Assembly: GCF_009914755.1 (NCBI RefSeq)
Contig: NC_060935.1
Direction: 5' to 3' (one strand)
DNA from: the human T2T-CHM13v2.0 reference genome, Homo sapiens
DNA length: 64,000 bases
Position numbers and translations under genes: made by a program. Position 1 is the first letter of the stretch, and each line of letters opens with the position of its first letter. The notes beneath the pieces were generated by a model, which was given only the letters and a program-made list of their open reading frames with translations, had not been told where the DNA came from and did no database searches. Positions 42,799-57,990 of this stretch are shown here, one piece after another.

Positions 42799-43666
42799 CA
42801 ATTTATGTATTTTTCAATCATCCAATCCCCTCTTCTACCAACACCTCAATACCTATGTTATGCCTCTGCAGAAATTCTGGAGCCCTCACCAAGCTAAACA
42901 AAGACTGAGATGCAAAAATCATGGGATGGGCAGAGGGAGAGTCAAGGAGGGCCTCCCAGGCAAATCTAGAACATTGGGAAAATAGGGTTAGTTACATTAC
43001 TTAATAATACACACATTTTCAAGGCACAACTGGAGTACGAGTTCTCTTCCAAATGATGGGCATGTAAATTTGGACTAGCTGTTTTTCCTCCATTAAATGA
43101 GCCTTCCTTGACAACTCTGCTGGCCTATCAAGTAGGTGCCCGTGAAAAATGAGGTATCTTTGGGGCATTTAGACTCTCCCTGCTGAGCCTCCTGCATGGG
43201 GCAGCAGTGATCGTCTTTGGCTGAAACTGTCCTGGGCCTAGAGAGTGGTGAGGGGTAGAAAGGGAGAGTTATATTGGGACACTGTTTACAAGAGGTTCTA
43301 GAACCCATCATAAGGGAGAAAACAACGGAATTGGCCAGGGACTTACATTGGAAAGGGATGAACCAGCATCCTTGCAGTCATTTCTTCAGATATTTATCCA
43401 TATTTTTGTTGGTTGCAGCCCAACAAGGAATTAAGAGCCCAGCTCTCTGAGGGGCTGGGGGACATAACAGGGGAGTGTGACACTGTCTAGGGAGTTAAGA
43501 GTCACACATAATGGGGTGATTGCAAACTTTTACGATTGGACGGTTGGCAAAGGTCATTGAAGGCACAGTCAAGCTGTGGGCTGGATCTTGGAAGAGGAGG
43601 AATATCTGAGAGCAAATGAAATCACAAGAATCACAAGGACAAACTCCTGAATGCAATCAAGCTAAG

Positions 43667-43810
43667 GCAGGGGTCTCCACCTTGGCTGCAGAGCAGAATC
43701 ACCTGGGGAGCTTTAAAACCTATAAACCACAGTCTCAGGGACTGGGGCCTGGGCACGGGGATTTATTCCAGGTGATTCTAATGTGCAACCAAGGTTGAAA
43801 ACCAGCTGGG
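43667..43810. mobile_element. MER5-family MITE
   Basis: ccttggctgcagagcagaatcacctggggagctttaaaa...ccaggtgattctaatgtgcaaccaaggttgaaaacc. Confidence 0.7.
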
Positions 43811-45956
43811 TTAAGGAGAGTTTGGGAAGCCTAGGAGTGAAATGTTGGCGCAACACACACCCTTCTGGATTCTAGCTTAAAAGCAATGCCCCTGCAGATC
43901 GGGATCTAGCTTGCCCCCACAATGAGAAGGGGGAACTTATCCCTATCTGCAGGGCAAGGACAAGGTAGGCAGGGACGAGGGTATCCATAGGAGGGCAAGA
44001 AAAGACCCAGGAGGGAGAGGGCTACCCGTCCAGCTGCAATGCCTCACCCTCTCATCTCTGTGCCCGTCTTGAGTCTGATCAATAGGTCTGCAGGTAGGAG
44101 TCATGGAAACAGGCAGGGTGCCAGACACAGAGGGCGGGAAGAAGGAAGGGAGCCTTGCTTTATTAAATTTCAATTTACAGAGTGCTGGCTTTGACATCCA
44201 GAATGTGTATTAGAAATGGGCTCTTTTCCCTCTTTTTCAAAGAACGAGCTGCAGGCCTCTCTGCAGACAGGCAGGCTGATTTAAGGGTTTGGTTATTGGT
44301 CATTAACCCCTTGACACAGAAGTTCGCTACAGTGCTGAGGGCCACAGTGCACTGATGCTAAATCAGAAATGAAGGAGAGTCATTTCCAGAATGATCTTAT
44401 GTTCATCAACCACAGCACGAGGTCCACGTGAGGAATGGGAAGCATTTATAAGCACCATTCTCCATTAGTGTGACGACATACATGTGTAAGGCTGGGTTTC
44501 TAGCTCAGGGCTTCCTCTGTGAACCCATTTCCCTGGTGGAGCGGGAACAAGTGAGGCTGAGCACAGGCACACGAATCCCTCAGCTCTTTGGGGAGAAGTT
44601 TGTAGCTGGAACTCAGCCCATCAGTGAGGAGTCGATCCCATTCAATTCAACAAACACCCTCTTTGCCTCTCGGGTGCCAGGGCTGGCCTGGGCATTGGGA
44701 AAGCAGAGGGAAGAGCGGGAGCCCCTCCCTCAGGGACTATCAGCCTGGCGGAGAGACAGACATGCAGGAGGATGGGTAGAATATACTCATGGCCAGGCTT
44801 ATAACAGATGAGTGGGCAGTGTGCTGGGGTGCCCCAGAGCTGGAGTAACAGTCTCTACCTGGGGCTGTCAGTGAGTAATGAGTCTAAAGACAACAGCCTA
44901 AAGAGAGAGTAGTTTGCCCAAATGTTTGTCAAGGACAAGGGACTTCTAGCAGAGGAAACAGGCAAACACAAGCCACAGACGCTTGACAGTACAATGCCAT
45001 TTGAAAAATGATAGTGCCAATGGGATGAGGTGGGGAGGAGACTGGGTAGCACCCCGCTGGTCCCCAGGGAGCTGTGATTCAGATCAGTAAGTGCCCCCAC
45101 TTGTTAGCACATCTGAGGGGCTCTAAGAGTCTTCTGACTCAAAAACGTCCAAGGAGCCTGGAAGCAAGCTTGGCCTGGAGGTGCCTTGGTGTGGTTGAGT
45201 ACAAGACAAAGAATGGGTGCCCCATTTTACTGGGATTGCTGGTGAAGTCTCTCTTTTTCTGCAGCCTCTGGGTGTGTCTCTAGGGACCAGGGCTTGCAAA
45301 CTCTCCTGATCTAGGCCTTAGCCCCTCATCCAGATTCTTCTGCCACTGCTCCTCCCTTTCCTCCTCCTGCCCTCTGCCTGCACCCCCCAGACCAGCCTGG
45401 CTGCCTGGGACAGGCTTCTGCATCAGTGGCTTTCTCCAGCAAAGTGCCTTGACACAGATGGGAGCTGCAAACAAAAGCCACATCAAGCAGAAACACGCTG
45501 CCATGGGACAGATCACAGAGGAGGCACAATCAATAGCAATGGCCAGGGTGGTAGGCCAGGCCTCAGCGGTTGAAGAATTGGGCTTGGCTCAGGGAAAGGA
45601 TATGCGCAGGATGCGTGCTGCTGGCAGAACAAAATCAGAGACAGCAAAGAGCCGCAAAGGGCATGGGGAGCGACATCGCACTCGGATATCTCAAGTGCTC
45701 TGGAGACGCAGTCATTGCACTCAGCCTTAAAAGGCAGAGAGACTGACAGCCCTCAGTGGCTGTCCTTCAAAACACACCTGGCCCATCAGCAACCCTTGAG
45801 AAGACCATCATCAGATGTGGAACATAGCAAGGATGTGGTGACAATCCCCCTCGGGGCTCAGCCTCTCCTGGATATAGGACAAAGCTCGAGTGACTCCTGG
45901 AAAACCCATCCCATTCACTTTGACAGCATAACCTGGTGTCAGCCCTGTTTGTGGCT

Positions 45957-46400
45957 ATAGCAGATACTGTTAGTGCCTCACCCATGCATCTGGGCACTCC
46001 CCAGCCCTGGCCATGTGAACAACCTCCTCTATTGGCCCCTGCTGCCCTCTGCCTGGGGGACTTTTCTGGCTGCAGGAGCTTGCCTTGCCTGTACCTAGCT
46101 CCAGGAGCAGCCCCCAACCAATGGTGGATGGAAGCTGGTGGACAAATAACACATCCTTCTTGCTTCTTGGGCTAATTTGGAGATATATTCCCTACAGGCC
46201 TCCAGAAATCCCCAGCAGCACTGGCACCAGCAGCCCCCCACTGCTAACCTGTGCATTCACATGACATGAATTGACCTTTCTTTCTCCCTTGGCTCATGTT
46301 TCCACTGCCTTACTAATGCTTCTAGAACTGCCTTTCAGATACATTACTTGTCACAAACCCTTGTCTCAGGATCTGCTTCTAGAGAAACCTGACTCAAGAC
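45957..46400. mobile_element. LTR16-like ERVL LTR
   Basis: cagatactgttagtgcctcaccc ... caaacccttgtctcaggatctgcttctagagaaacctgactcaagaca. Confidence 0.6.
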
Positions 46401-49110
46401 AATGCTGGCCCATGGCTAGCTATACCTGTGGCCATTATGTCCAGGTCCTCAGCACTGATACTAGATAGAGGCTGAGCCCAAGCCTGTCACTGTACTTGGG
46501 CCCTAGCGCAACCTCAGTCAGCAGTGGGGCTCATACACACCAGACTTGGTGCTCCTGAGCCTTCTGGGGACTCCACATCTGACAGGCCACCTTTCAGTGC
46601 AGCAGCCATGATGACACCTGAGGTCCCTGCAAGGCAGACCTGGGGCTCTGAGGAACAGCTGCACCCTTCTGACCTGGGACTGTTTATGGGACACCATCAC
46701 ACAAACTTATCTTGCCAATCCTTCTCTGTAGGCCATGAGGTCATCCCGGAGACAAGGGACCTTTGGTGAAAAGCACATTTCATCCTCGCTTTGACCCTCA
46801 GGAAGTACCTGCCTCTGGTAATCTAGCACACACCCCTTGGAGGGGCTGCCTGGCTGACAGTGACCCATTTCCTCTGAAGATGGCTCTGTCCAGGGCTTGG
46901 CCCAAATGGTCTATGCTCTGGGACTCTGCCACCCTGACCATCAGTGAGAATGGAGCTGTTACAAAGAGCCAAGTAGACTTCTCCCAGGAATTTAAAACCT
47001 GAAAAGGAAAAGACACAGACAAAGTAGCCCTGAAGCTAAGACACATTTAGGGCAACTCTCTAGGGAAGACCCATAAACTTTTACTGCTGAGGCCCCTGGA
47101 GCTGTCCTAGTTCCTGCCTTTCCCGGTCAACCTTTCCTCTGAGTCTATAAAAAGGAATCACCCCAGGTTTTCTCTAATAACATTCACCCTTTGTCTTTAC
47201 CTTAAGCTACCCAAATTTGTTTTATTTGTTGTTGATAATGACCCCCTCCCTTCAAATTAACAAATACAGTTAGCTTGTTCATTAGTAAGTTCTCTATGTT
47301 CAAGAAATCTCAAACACCAGATATCTGACTACTGGGCCCTATTTTGGAAGGTAATGCTCAAAACACTTCATAGCTGTGTCTGCTTGTCTGCTATAAGCTG
47401 TGCCTACTCAATCACAAACAGCAAAGAGGGTGCATATCCTATGCACTGAGGAATACTTCCCCTGACACTCTTCACAAACAACAGTCTGCCTACTCTGCAT
47501 CAGCTTGTGACAGTCAATTCATACTTCTTAAATACAGATTGATTTGTTGTTCGAAATAGTCTCTGCCCTCTCCTATGATGCTTCTTCCTGTATTCCCCTC
47601 CCTACTGAGCTATCGTACATCACCAGATCATTAATGCCAGACATGGCCACGTTTCTAGCTGGAACGTGAGCGGGAGTGACAGACGTCATTCCCAATCAGA
47701 AGCTTCAGGAGCAATCATGTGATACACTGTCTTTTTGTTCTCTGCCACTGGACCTGCAGCATCCTGGAAAGGAGCTGCCCCTTTGGCCCTAGAAAAAGTT
47801 GAGATGACAGAGCTGAAGCTGAATGATGACAACCGAGGAGCATGAGTAAGAAATAAACACATCTTGTTGTAAGCCACTGAGATGTGCGGACATCAGCCTA
47901 AGATGACTGATAAAGAAACCGACACTAGAGGAGGGGTACTGCCAAGCCTTAAAATATGGGCACTGACTTTAAGGCCAGAGGTAGGTGATGAGTAAACCAC
48001 CACTGGAGGCTGGAAAGATGGTGACCTCATCTATGCAACGAAGAGACGGTTGGTGAAATACCTTGGTAAGATACAAATATCTTAGTTGGCCTGCAATATC
48101 TTGGTAGACTGCTAATGTTGCAAGTGAGCCCATGCTTAGATGCAGAGTGTGCCTTTTTAGTATCAGCTGCTTTTGACAAGATTCTGCAAAAGAGAGATAA
48201 GGTCAGGGAAGAAACAGACACGCAGTAGGGCCCAGTAAGCCATTGAGATTTTGAGGTCATACATTACTGGAGCATAAGGAAGACTGAACTGATGGACAGG
48301 TTCCTCCCCAAATAATCACACCAAAATAGAACTTCTAAATGCAATGCATGCTCTTAAGGAAAAGTACAAGAAACTTTGAACATATATACCAATGAGACTT
48401 GATCCATTGTGGGTGGAGGGGAGGGGTGATTCAAGAAAGACTGAGTCGGGATCCAAACTGCCTCGACTCAAGTCTCTGCCCCCACTACCCACGAGCTATG
48501 TGACTAGAGACAGTTTACACAGCCATTCATCCCCTCAATTTACTCATCAGTGGAAACAGGCTAAAAATGCTGCCAACCTCCGAGGATGTTGGCAGAATTA
48601 CATAGAAGGATTTGTGCTTGGTGTTAGCTGTCAGGGATGCGACTGTAACAGCAGTCACCCCCTTTAGATCCCAAGTTCCCTGAGGGCAGACACCATGTTT
48701 GTCTTACCCACCCTTATATCTCTATTAATGAACCTCTGCTTATTACATGATATACACTCAAAACATATTAATTGAATCAAGCAATGTGTTAATAAATTAT
48801 TCCAGGGACATTTGGACTCCAGAAATTCATGCAGGTGCACTCCCTGGTGCCTGCCTCGTACCCCTTACTCCAAAACTCCTCTAAGCTGCTCTCTGGCCAG
48901 TTTTGGACCTTGGACATCACTCTCCATATAGCCCAGTGGATTAATGACTTGGATAGAATGGGGTCTCTCCCCAGGACATAGTCTATGCCATGTCTAGACC
49001 TTACCTGGTCCTCCTGAGAAATGAGGAGGCTCAATACCTTTTTAGCATACAACAGTTATTCTGCACAGCATTAAGCAGAGCTTAGAATATTCCCAGTGAG
49101 AGTGGTGGAA

Positions 49111-49170
49111 TGTGTGTGTGTCTGTGTGTGCATGTGTGTGTGTATGTGTGTGTGTGTGCATGCATGTGCA
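49111..49170. repeat. (TG)n microsatellite, imperfect
   Basis: tgtgtgtgtgtctgtgtgtgcatgtgtgtgtgtatgtgtgtgtgtgtgcatgcatgtgca. Confidence 0.9.
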
Positions 49171-49642
49171 CGAGTATGCACAGATAACATATGGTCAATG
49201 TGGGATCTGGACTCACTAGCAATCTTGGTGATCAGAAGGATGTAGGAAAGAACACAGTAATAAAATATGCAGGTTAAGATCCAGTAGGAAGATGTTAGCC
49301 CAGAAAAAAAAATGGAGTTCATGTGGATAAAATAATGGTGGCTGATTTTAATCTGCAGATATAAGTCTCTCTATTTCACTTGCTCCAACACCATCTCCAT
49401 CTCCATTTTCCTTGTCCCTGGGGAAAATATAACCTGCTTTCCTCCAGCTCATGTCTTTATTGGATGTTACAGACCTCAGATAGCAATGCCAGATGGATTG
49501 CACTATGACAGAGAAAGTGTTACAAAACTAAGGCCATTCATATTGGGGATCCCTTTTCTTGCCATACCACAGATGAGCACTCAATATTTTTGAATGAGTG
49601 AACAAATGAATAAAATAATACAAAGTGAACATGATGAGGCAT

Positions 49643-50150
49643 TGTGACGTGTTATACAAATGGCCACAGATTTTTCCCATCCTCGCATACAAACTACTTT
49701 GCAATGTGACTGCGCAGCTCTTCCCTTCACTTCATTTCTCCCTTTATCCGAGTCTGGGCTGTGCTGTGTCTTACTTTGGGCCAATGAAATGTGCATCACC
49801 TATGTGACACAAGCATAGACCTGATGGGCACTCGTGCATTGGTGCTGGCCTTCTCTTGCTGCCCTGTGCCTGCCACCATGTGTAGAAGCCTGGCCTAGCC
49901 TGTGAGATGATAACACACACATGGCCCAGAAGCCTCTCACTCCAGCCGACTGTCAGCCAGTCTCCAGAAGCAGAGTCAACTAGCTGAGCAGCAGTTGACC
50001 ACAGATGCCTGAGTCAGCCCAGCTGAGACTAGCAGAAGATAAGGCCAGTCTAGCCTAGCCCAAATTGCCTGCTCTCAGGAAAAAAAAATGGATGTGTCTC
50101 AGTCTACCAAATTTTGGGGTAGTTTGTTATATGGTAAATTGTTCTGATAT
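49643..50150. mobile_element. Old MaLR LTR (MLT1G-like)
   Basis: aaatggccacagatttttcccatcc...ctttgcaatgtgact...ttttggggtagtttgttatatgg. Confidence 0.65.
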
Positions 50151-51892
50151 GGGTACCTCATTTTTACAGGTGTTTGTAAAGTATATGGCACACAAGGGAG
50201 GTGTTCAGCAAATTACATTCATTTTATCCCCTCCTGATGGACAAAAATTATTATAATGATAATATTTCCAATTTAATGAGTTCACACTATATGTCAGGGA
50301 TGCTAAATGCTTTATACATACTTATTTAAATAACCCTGGGGAAGAGATGAGGGCATGTCCATTTTTAGATGAGAAAAAAGAATGAAAGAGAGGTAAATTA
50401 TTGGATAGCAACAATTTGCTATCAAACAGGAAAACTGGCAGAGCTGGGATCTGAACTCAAGTCATCTGGCCCTAAAGCCCACCTCAACCATCACAATGCC
50501 CTGCTTCTTCAAGAGGAAAGAAGGAAAGGTTCTGATGCTACCCCTTTCCACATGTGGCCTCCACTTTTGAAGTGTTCTTCTCTGCCTTTGCTGGTGCATA
50601 TCCCACTCTTTCTTCCTTTAAGGTCCAGAAGCAGCTCTTCAGGAAGGCATCCTTGACCCCCCCAAGGTCACTACTCCCAGCCCTCTTTTCTTCATGGTAA
50701 CTGGGATGCTGATTCCTTCCTTTGGCACAGTGGAAACTCCATACAGCCCTGATGGTCCTGGACGGAATGTAGCATGAAATACTGGAGCAATGTGATGGGA
50801 ACGAAGTTCAGTTGCCACGAGGACAGACAGAGTTTTGGAAGTGGGCGCTTTGTCCTGAGCACAAAAGCTGGGGGCCAGGGGTGACCGCAGTGGCTGCAGC
50901 ACAAGGAGATGTCGTTTCTCTCGGTCTGATTCTGATACCCACTTCCTCCAATCCTCCCAGTTCTCATGGAACTTCCTTATGGCTTTACCTTAGCCACAGG
51001 GAATTCCTTAGAGGAAACTCCAGTGGAAGATGGATCATGAAGACTCCCTGGAAGAAAAATCTTCAATGGTTCTATCTCCATATACGACTCTACTCACCAC
51101 TTCCTGGCGTGGCAGGAAGAACCTCGCCGTGTAAGCGATGGTGGAAATCACATAGCACAGATTTCCTGGAGGAAACCAGTCTCAGATATTCATTTCATTG
51201 TCTATTTTCATGAAGATATGTTACTTTCAATAAAGGCAATTCACTAAATATGTCCCTACATGAGATTTAATTTTTGTCTTTGTGGGGGTTTCTTATCCTC
51301 ACTCCACCCCTGATATGCTCTGTGCTTCGTCCCCAGTTGACCTTCCCTTCCTTGCCCTCCCTCCTAAGCCTTCTCTTGAGCCTTCTGAAGCCTCTTATCA
51401 AACCCCCAGTATCATTCCAGGATGGCCCTTTCCAACAAAACAAACCTTTCCTTTCCCACCAAACAAGGCTCTTCCTGCAGGATGCCTATTCATGTGTTTT
51501 TGAATCTGCTGAGTCTCTAATCAGGATTCAAGGTGGAGTTGACACTCTCCTCTCCCCTGGTGCCTCTTCTACACCTCCACTCTTCCACCCTAGTGTAAAA
51601 AACATCTCCTCTGTAAGAATCAGACATCAGACACCATTGCCCTCTGCCCATGTTGTTCTTCTCACTTAAGTGCCAGGCAGTCAGCTACATCCATCAAGGT
51701 CTTTGGCACCAGGCTCACAGCTTCCTCTACATCACACTGGGCAGCATTCACGTTGCACTGTGGCCTCAATTCTGGGGTGGTATGCTGTGTTCCACTTTAG
51801 CCCACCCACACCTAGACCCCAGCTCTTAGTGCCCCAAACTACTTTACCTCTGAAGTCTAATACTCCATTGCCCTACTTTTGCCCAATCACCT

Positions 51893-52240
51893 TGCTGTGG
51901 TTTGACTGTGTCCCCCAAAGTTCATGTGTTGAAAACTTGATCCTTAATGTGGTGGTGCTGGGAGGTAGGGCCTAATGGAAGGTGTTTGGATCACTGGAGC
52001 ACTGCCCTCATGAATGGATTAGTGCCATCATCAAGGGAATGGGTTCCTTGTAAAAGGACAAGTTTAGTCCCCTCTCTAGCCCTTCTTTCTACACTTCCAC
52101 CATGGGATGACACCACAAGAAGGCCCTCACCGGATGCTGGCCCCTTGATATTGGCCTTCCCAGCTTCCATAGCCATGAGCTGATGAATTTCTCTTCATTA
52201 TAAATTTCTCAGCCTCAGGTTATAGCAACACAAAATGACA
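51893..52240 (+). mobile_element. MaLR solo LTR (MST-family) with perfect TSD
   Basis: TG..CA ends (tgctgtggtttgactgtgtcccccaaagttcatgtgttgaaaac ... gcaacacaaaatgaca); TSD CACCT at 51888-51892 and 52241-52245. Confidence 0.88.
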
Positions 52241-54802
52241 CACCTATTAATCTTGATTACCCACTCTCTTACTTCCCAATGCCTGCTCATCAACCTAATT
52301 GAGGCCTTTGGAATAATAATTTTCTTTCTTTCCTTCTATACTTACCACTCTTTCCTGACCTCTCCCTAGAAATGCTGCGCCCAATTTTTAATAATGGCAC
52401 TCTTGCTAGCAGCTTCAATTTTTAAATTCCTTACTTTTTCTGCCTTTTACACCCTGTAAACCCCACCTCTATAGCCTTGTTCACCTTCTCCACACCTGTT
52501 CCCTGGATGCTAGCACCACCAGAGAAAATTCATGGAACTGGGTAAATTAAATCCACCACAAACTCATGATTTTTAACCTCAACCAGGTACTTCAACACAA
52601 CCTAGTATTACTTCTTTGGGTACCTGCTCAGCAGCTGAGCCACTTTCACTCTGCAGGGTTTCTAAACCTTCTCCATTCTCTCACATACCCAGATCCCCTT
52701 ATGCTTCAGTTGCAAGACAGCCTGCAAACTTGTTCCTCCTGGGCCTCAGCAGAAGTTCATTTCCTGTGCTCCAGGACCATCCCACCTCTCCTCACCCTGT
52801 CCCCACCCCCAGGGATATTGCTTTGTTAATTGCCCCCTTAAATAGATCTCTCTACTTATTTCTTCCCTTCAGTCTCAAAACATGTTCCCTTATTGCTTTC
52901 TTTAAAAAGCAAATCCAAATGCACACCTCCTTTCAACCCCACATCCCTTCTGATGGCCAGGGCCCCCATCCCTTCACAGAAAACTCTGAGCAAGAGAAGT
53001 CTACACTTGCTGACTCCACTTCCTCATTTGCTTCCTCAGATAGAGGTTTTCTCACTGCCATGTCCTCCCAGACATTCCACAACCAAGGCACGCATTATGA
53101 GGGATGAAATGCTCCCTTGGATTCAACTGTCCTCAGGTCCCAAGGACAGGGTGAACTTTGCCACCCAAGAAGCCCCCAGAGGGTGCGAGAAGGGGAACAC
53201 TGGCTCATTCCATTTTGTAATCACCACTTAAAAAGCTTTAGTTAATTTTCCATTAATTTAGTTGTTCCTTTGTTCAACATGTATTTGTTAAACACCTGGA
53301 GTGCCCCAAGAAAATATGATTAGGTGACTTCTGAATGACCCAGCATATTCCAAGGATGCTAAAAATGCTGCGGAGATGTAAATCTATTCCGTAGCCCAGT
53401 TGTACAAGAAGCAAGACCAGCAAGTCCTTTTTCCTGCAGAAAAAATTGTTATAAAATTTTTCTTTTAAAAAGTGTCCTTCACCCAAGCCAACCTCCACTC
53501 CCATACGTGTTTCTGCATTTAATAGTGCACTTTTGAGCAAGAAAAAAACTAAAGCTGTTCTGGTGATTGATTTAGAGGGCCCAGCTCTGCTTAAATTCCC
53601 AGTATATTAAGACAGTGCTAACCTCAAGGACTCCACCAAAGCTCTACCCGGGCAGGGCTAATGCAGAGCAACAAACCGATTTCAGAAAAAGCATCTGGGA
53701 CAAAGGCAATGTGGTAACAATTGGGTTACTTGGGAAAATCAAATATAAGAATCCATTTATGCCCGTGATATATTCTGAACACATCTCCTTAGGAACTGTC
53801 TTGCAATAGACAAGCATTTCCTTAAGTTGCCCTGATATAAACATTATTCAGATACCCACGCTCAATGCCGCCAGCCATTCCCAAATCCCAGAGCTTCTTT
53901 ATTTACTCTCCCGTCTCAGATTCTCAGCCAGGAGTGGTACCACCTCCTCCAGAGGCCTTTTGGAGGTGTATGGGGATGTTTTGGTCTTGTAGGGACACTG
54001 CTGGTGTCAGGGTCAAAGAATGGTAAGCATCCTACATTGAATAGGACAGTCCCACGCAGTAAAGAACTGCCCCACCTAAAAAGTTGGTGATACCCTACTA
54101 AGAAACGGGACCAAAGAGCAGCAACTCAAGTACCCAACTTCTTGAAGGTCTACTTCTACACTTGGTGCAAGGGACATCATAGGAAAACCTCCCCACTTCC
54201 TGCTTCAAATGAAAGAGGAAGTGCCTTCGGGGAGGGCATGGTATACATGCCATTAGGGAGATGGAACTCTTGCAACTTATACTCTGTCACTGGCTTGCTG
54301 TTCATATCCTGGACTCTCCTGGGTGTGGTTTTGCAAGACCATTTTGAATGGGGGAATGAATTATAGAAAGCTGCAAGGGGAAGTGTTAGTGAAAGCAGCC
54401 CTGCCAAATCCTTGGGGTCTGAGGAGTTTACATGTTTCCTGCCTGGGGGTTGAGTCAAATGGAAAGGCAGGTCAGCTTCATGTGCTAGCATGACTTGGTG
54501 GCAGGAGAGACACTGATAGAAGGAGGTGTCCCCTGCTCCTTTCCAACCTATGCTCATAGCAACTGGCCCATCATTAAGAAAGATAACCAGGGGCTGGCTT
54601 CTATCCCAGTAGGGGAGGGCACATCTCTCAAGCTCCCATCCCAGGTCGCCATAAAAATATACTGAATGTGATAAACAGATACAGATTCTGCCAGCTCTTA
54701 TCTTGACTAATAACAACTAATACTAATATTAGCAATAACAGTGATTACCTGGTTGATTGAGGGTTTCATGTTTGCCAGCCATGGTGCCAAGCATCCTATT
54801 TA

Positions 54803-55533
<731 letters not shown>

Positions 55534-56554
55534 TATCCCTCCTCTTAATCTTCACAAAGCCTCTGTAAGGTAGATGGCCTTAACCCCATTTTACAGAAGA
55601 AAAAACAGGCTTCAGATTAAGGCTGGGAATTTTCAAAGGCTGCGTGTCTGCAGGCTGCTAGGAGGGCTCTGTGAGGAAGACTGGCTAAGCCTTCATTTAC
55701 ATAAAAAATCAACAACTTTCTTAACATTCATTTAGGAAACAGAGGTGCATTGAGTGGCTTCCCTGTGCCAGGCGGTGCACTAGGAACAAGGGGATACCTG
55801 GAGAATAAAACAAAGGCCTCTCCCTGGAGGAACTCACCATCTAGTGGTGGAGAAAGACCATCAGGTGTAACAATTCACAAAGAATCACCAAATCCAAGAG
55901 CTGTGAAAAAATCAGACAAGGTACAGAGATCTAAGAATAACAAGTAAGGACACCTTAGATAGGATGGTCAGGAAAGACTGCCCTAAAGAAGCAGGCTTTT
56001 GGCTGAGGCTTGAGGGATAAGAAAGGGGAGAAGGGAAGTGGGGGGCTTTGGCTCTAATGCTCGGGCCCTGGAATGCTGAGATTAGATATCTCCCAGTGGG
56101 GAGATGAGTACCCCAATTCCTCAGAGAAAGTGGAGAACCTTAAAGGCAGGAGGCATGTGCAGACAGCCCTCACAAGCCAGGAGGGAGCTGATGAGCCTGT
56201 GGCCTGTGTTCAAGCCCAGGGTGGATGGGGAAGGGTAGCGCTGATTGAGAGATATTTTCAAATCTCCTCCAACCATATCTTAGAAACCTGCCATCAGTAC
56301 TGTCAGGGAGAAAACTGCAAATTAGATTCAGTTTTCCTTTAGATCCTAAGGAGAAGAGTATGCCTGGGTAGTTGACTAATCAGGAAGTCCATCCCATATT
56401 CTCATTGCAACCTTCACTCATGAGCAAGTGTGCACTGCATGTTGCCTGTGTGCCAAGCTGGCATTACACCACCCTGTGATGGCTTATTGTTCTGTCTCTG
56501 TCTAGAGAACTTCCTGAGAGCAGGGGCCACATGTTTAACTAAACTAGGGAGACA

Positions 56555-57010
56555 GTGCTGAGTCATGGCTCTGAGCATGGGGTCTGAAGTTAGGCAACCT
56601 GGGTTCCAAACCAGGTTCTACCACTCGGTAATTGTGTAACCTTGAGCAAGTTACATACCTGCCTTAAGCCCCAGTTTTCTCACCTGTAAAGAATAGCAGT
56701 GCCTACTTCAAAGGGCCATTGAGAGTTTTAACTGAGCTTAGATATACAAAGCACTTAGAAAGATGCCTAGAAACAGTAAGCAACAAATGCAAGCTACCTT
56801 TAATAATCATGAATGTTTGTTGAGAGATTACTCCAGTTTGAACGAGAGACCAATATTACTGAGCCCAGTTCTGTGCCCGATTTGGTGCTAGGCACATGCA
56901 GGTTTGTTACTTTATTTAATAGCACCCGCCCCCATTTTACTGATCAGGGAGGCTCAGTGAGGTAATGTGACTTGGCAGAGAGCACAGAGCCAAGGCGGGA
57001 TCTAAAATTA
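56555..57010. mobile_element. MIR fragments (two, opposite orientations)
   Basis: tgtgtaaccttgagcaagttac...cagttttctcacctgtaaa; cccattttactgatcagggaggctcagtgaggtaatgtgacttgg. Confidence 0.7.
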
Positions 57011-57947
57011 GCTCCTCTGTCACTGGGTTTGGTGACCTGTCCCCAAGGCCAGAGAGGCCTGGGAAGCAAGACTGTCCAAAGAACGGTGGGTGGAGGGCAA
57101 GAGACTCAGCCCCTCTCTGGTTAGTGAGTCTGAACATTGGCCCACTGTGGAGCTGCTAATGACTGCTTCTCCCCAGCCTGCAGGAGTTTAATAAAAGTCA
57201 TGCAAAACTCACTGTTTACAACTCTAATTGTGGAGTTTGGACATGAAGTGAAGAACATATCATGTGGAATGAATAACAAATCAAGCAGCTCCTTTTTTTT
57301 TTTTAGCATGGAAGCTGCAGGAGCAGCCCAGAGTTCACCATCACTTGGTGCACAGAAGGTTAACACTGCAGCACTAACATCTGTGTGCCTATAACATCCG
57401 TTGGCTCCCTCCCTGTCTGCCTGCTCCCCTGACCCTGAGCTGATGTGTCCAGGCAGGAGATGGCTGGTCTGCCTCTCTTTTGCAACTACCAAAAGAGAAA
57501 TGGAAATAAGGTTCTTTCTAAAAGCAGGGTGGGAAGCTGGCTGGGTGCTCACCTCACCCAGAGAATGGGCACCAGCTCTGGGTGGCCTGAGAATCAGGGA
57601 TAACTGCAGGCAGGTTCCAGGGGGCAGCTGTGAAAGTCCTTTGGGCTATGCCCTGTGGAGGCTGTGGATTCTAAGGAGTCAGTGCTGGTAGAGAAAGCAG
57701 CGCTGCTGGGTGGTAGCCCTCCTCTTCCCAGCCTTCGCCGTGGGAGCAGTTGCTCCTGGCTGTGACATAGTAAAACCTACAATCATGTTCTAGGACTTAT
57801 GGCCTACACACTCAACTATTGGTGGTGGGGCCTAGGGATATCTTTACATGTTTGAGCCAAATGAGGATAAGCTGGCAAGGTGGTTTTAAGATTACATCAA
57901 CTGACATACTGAAAGTGTCTAGCAGAGATGGACACATACTAATTATA

Positions 57948-57990
57948 TGTGTGTGTGTGTGTGTGTGTGTATGTGTGTATATATGTGTAC
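57948..57990. repeat. (TG)n microsatellite
   Basis: tgtgtgtgtgtgtgtgtgtgtgtatgtgtgtatatatgtgt. Confidence 0.92.
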
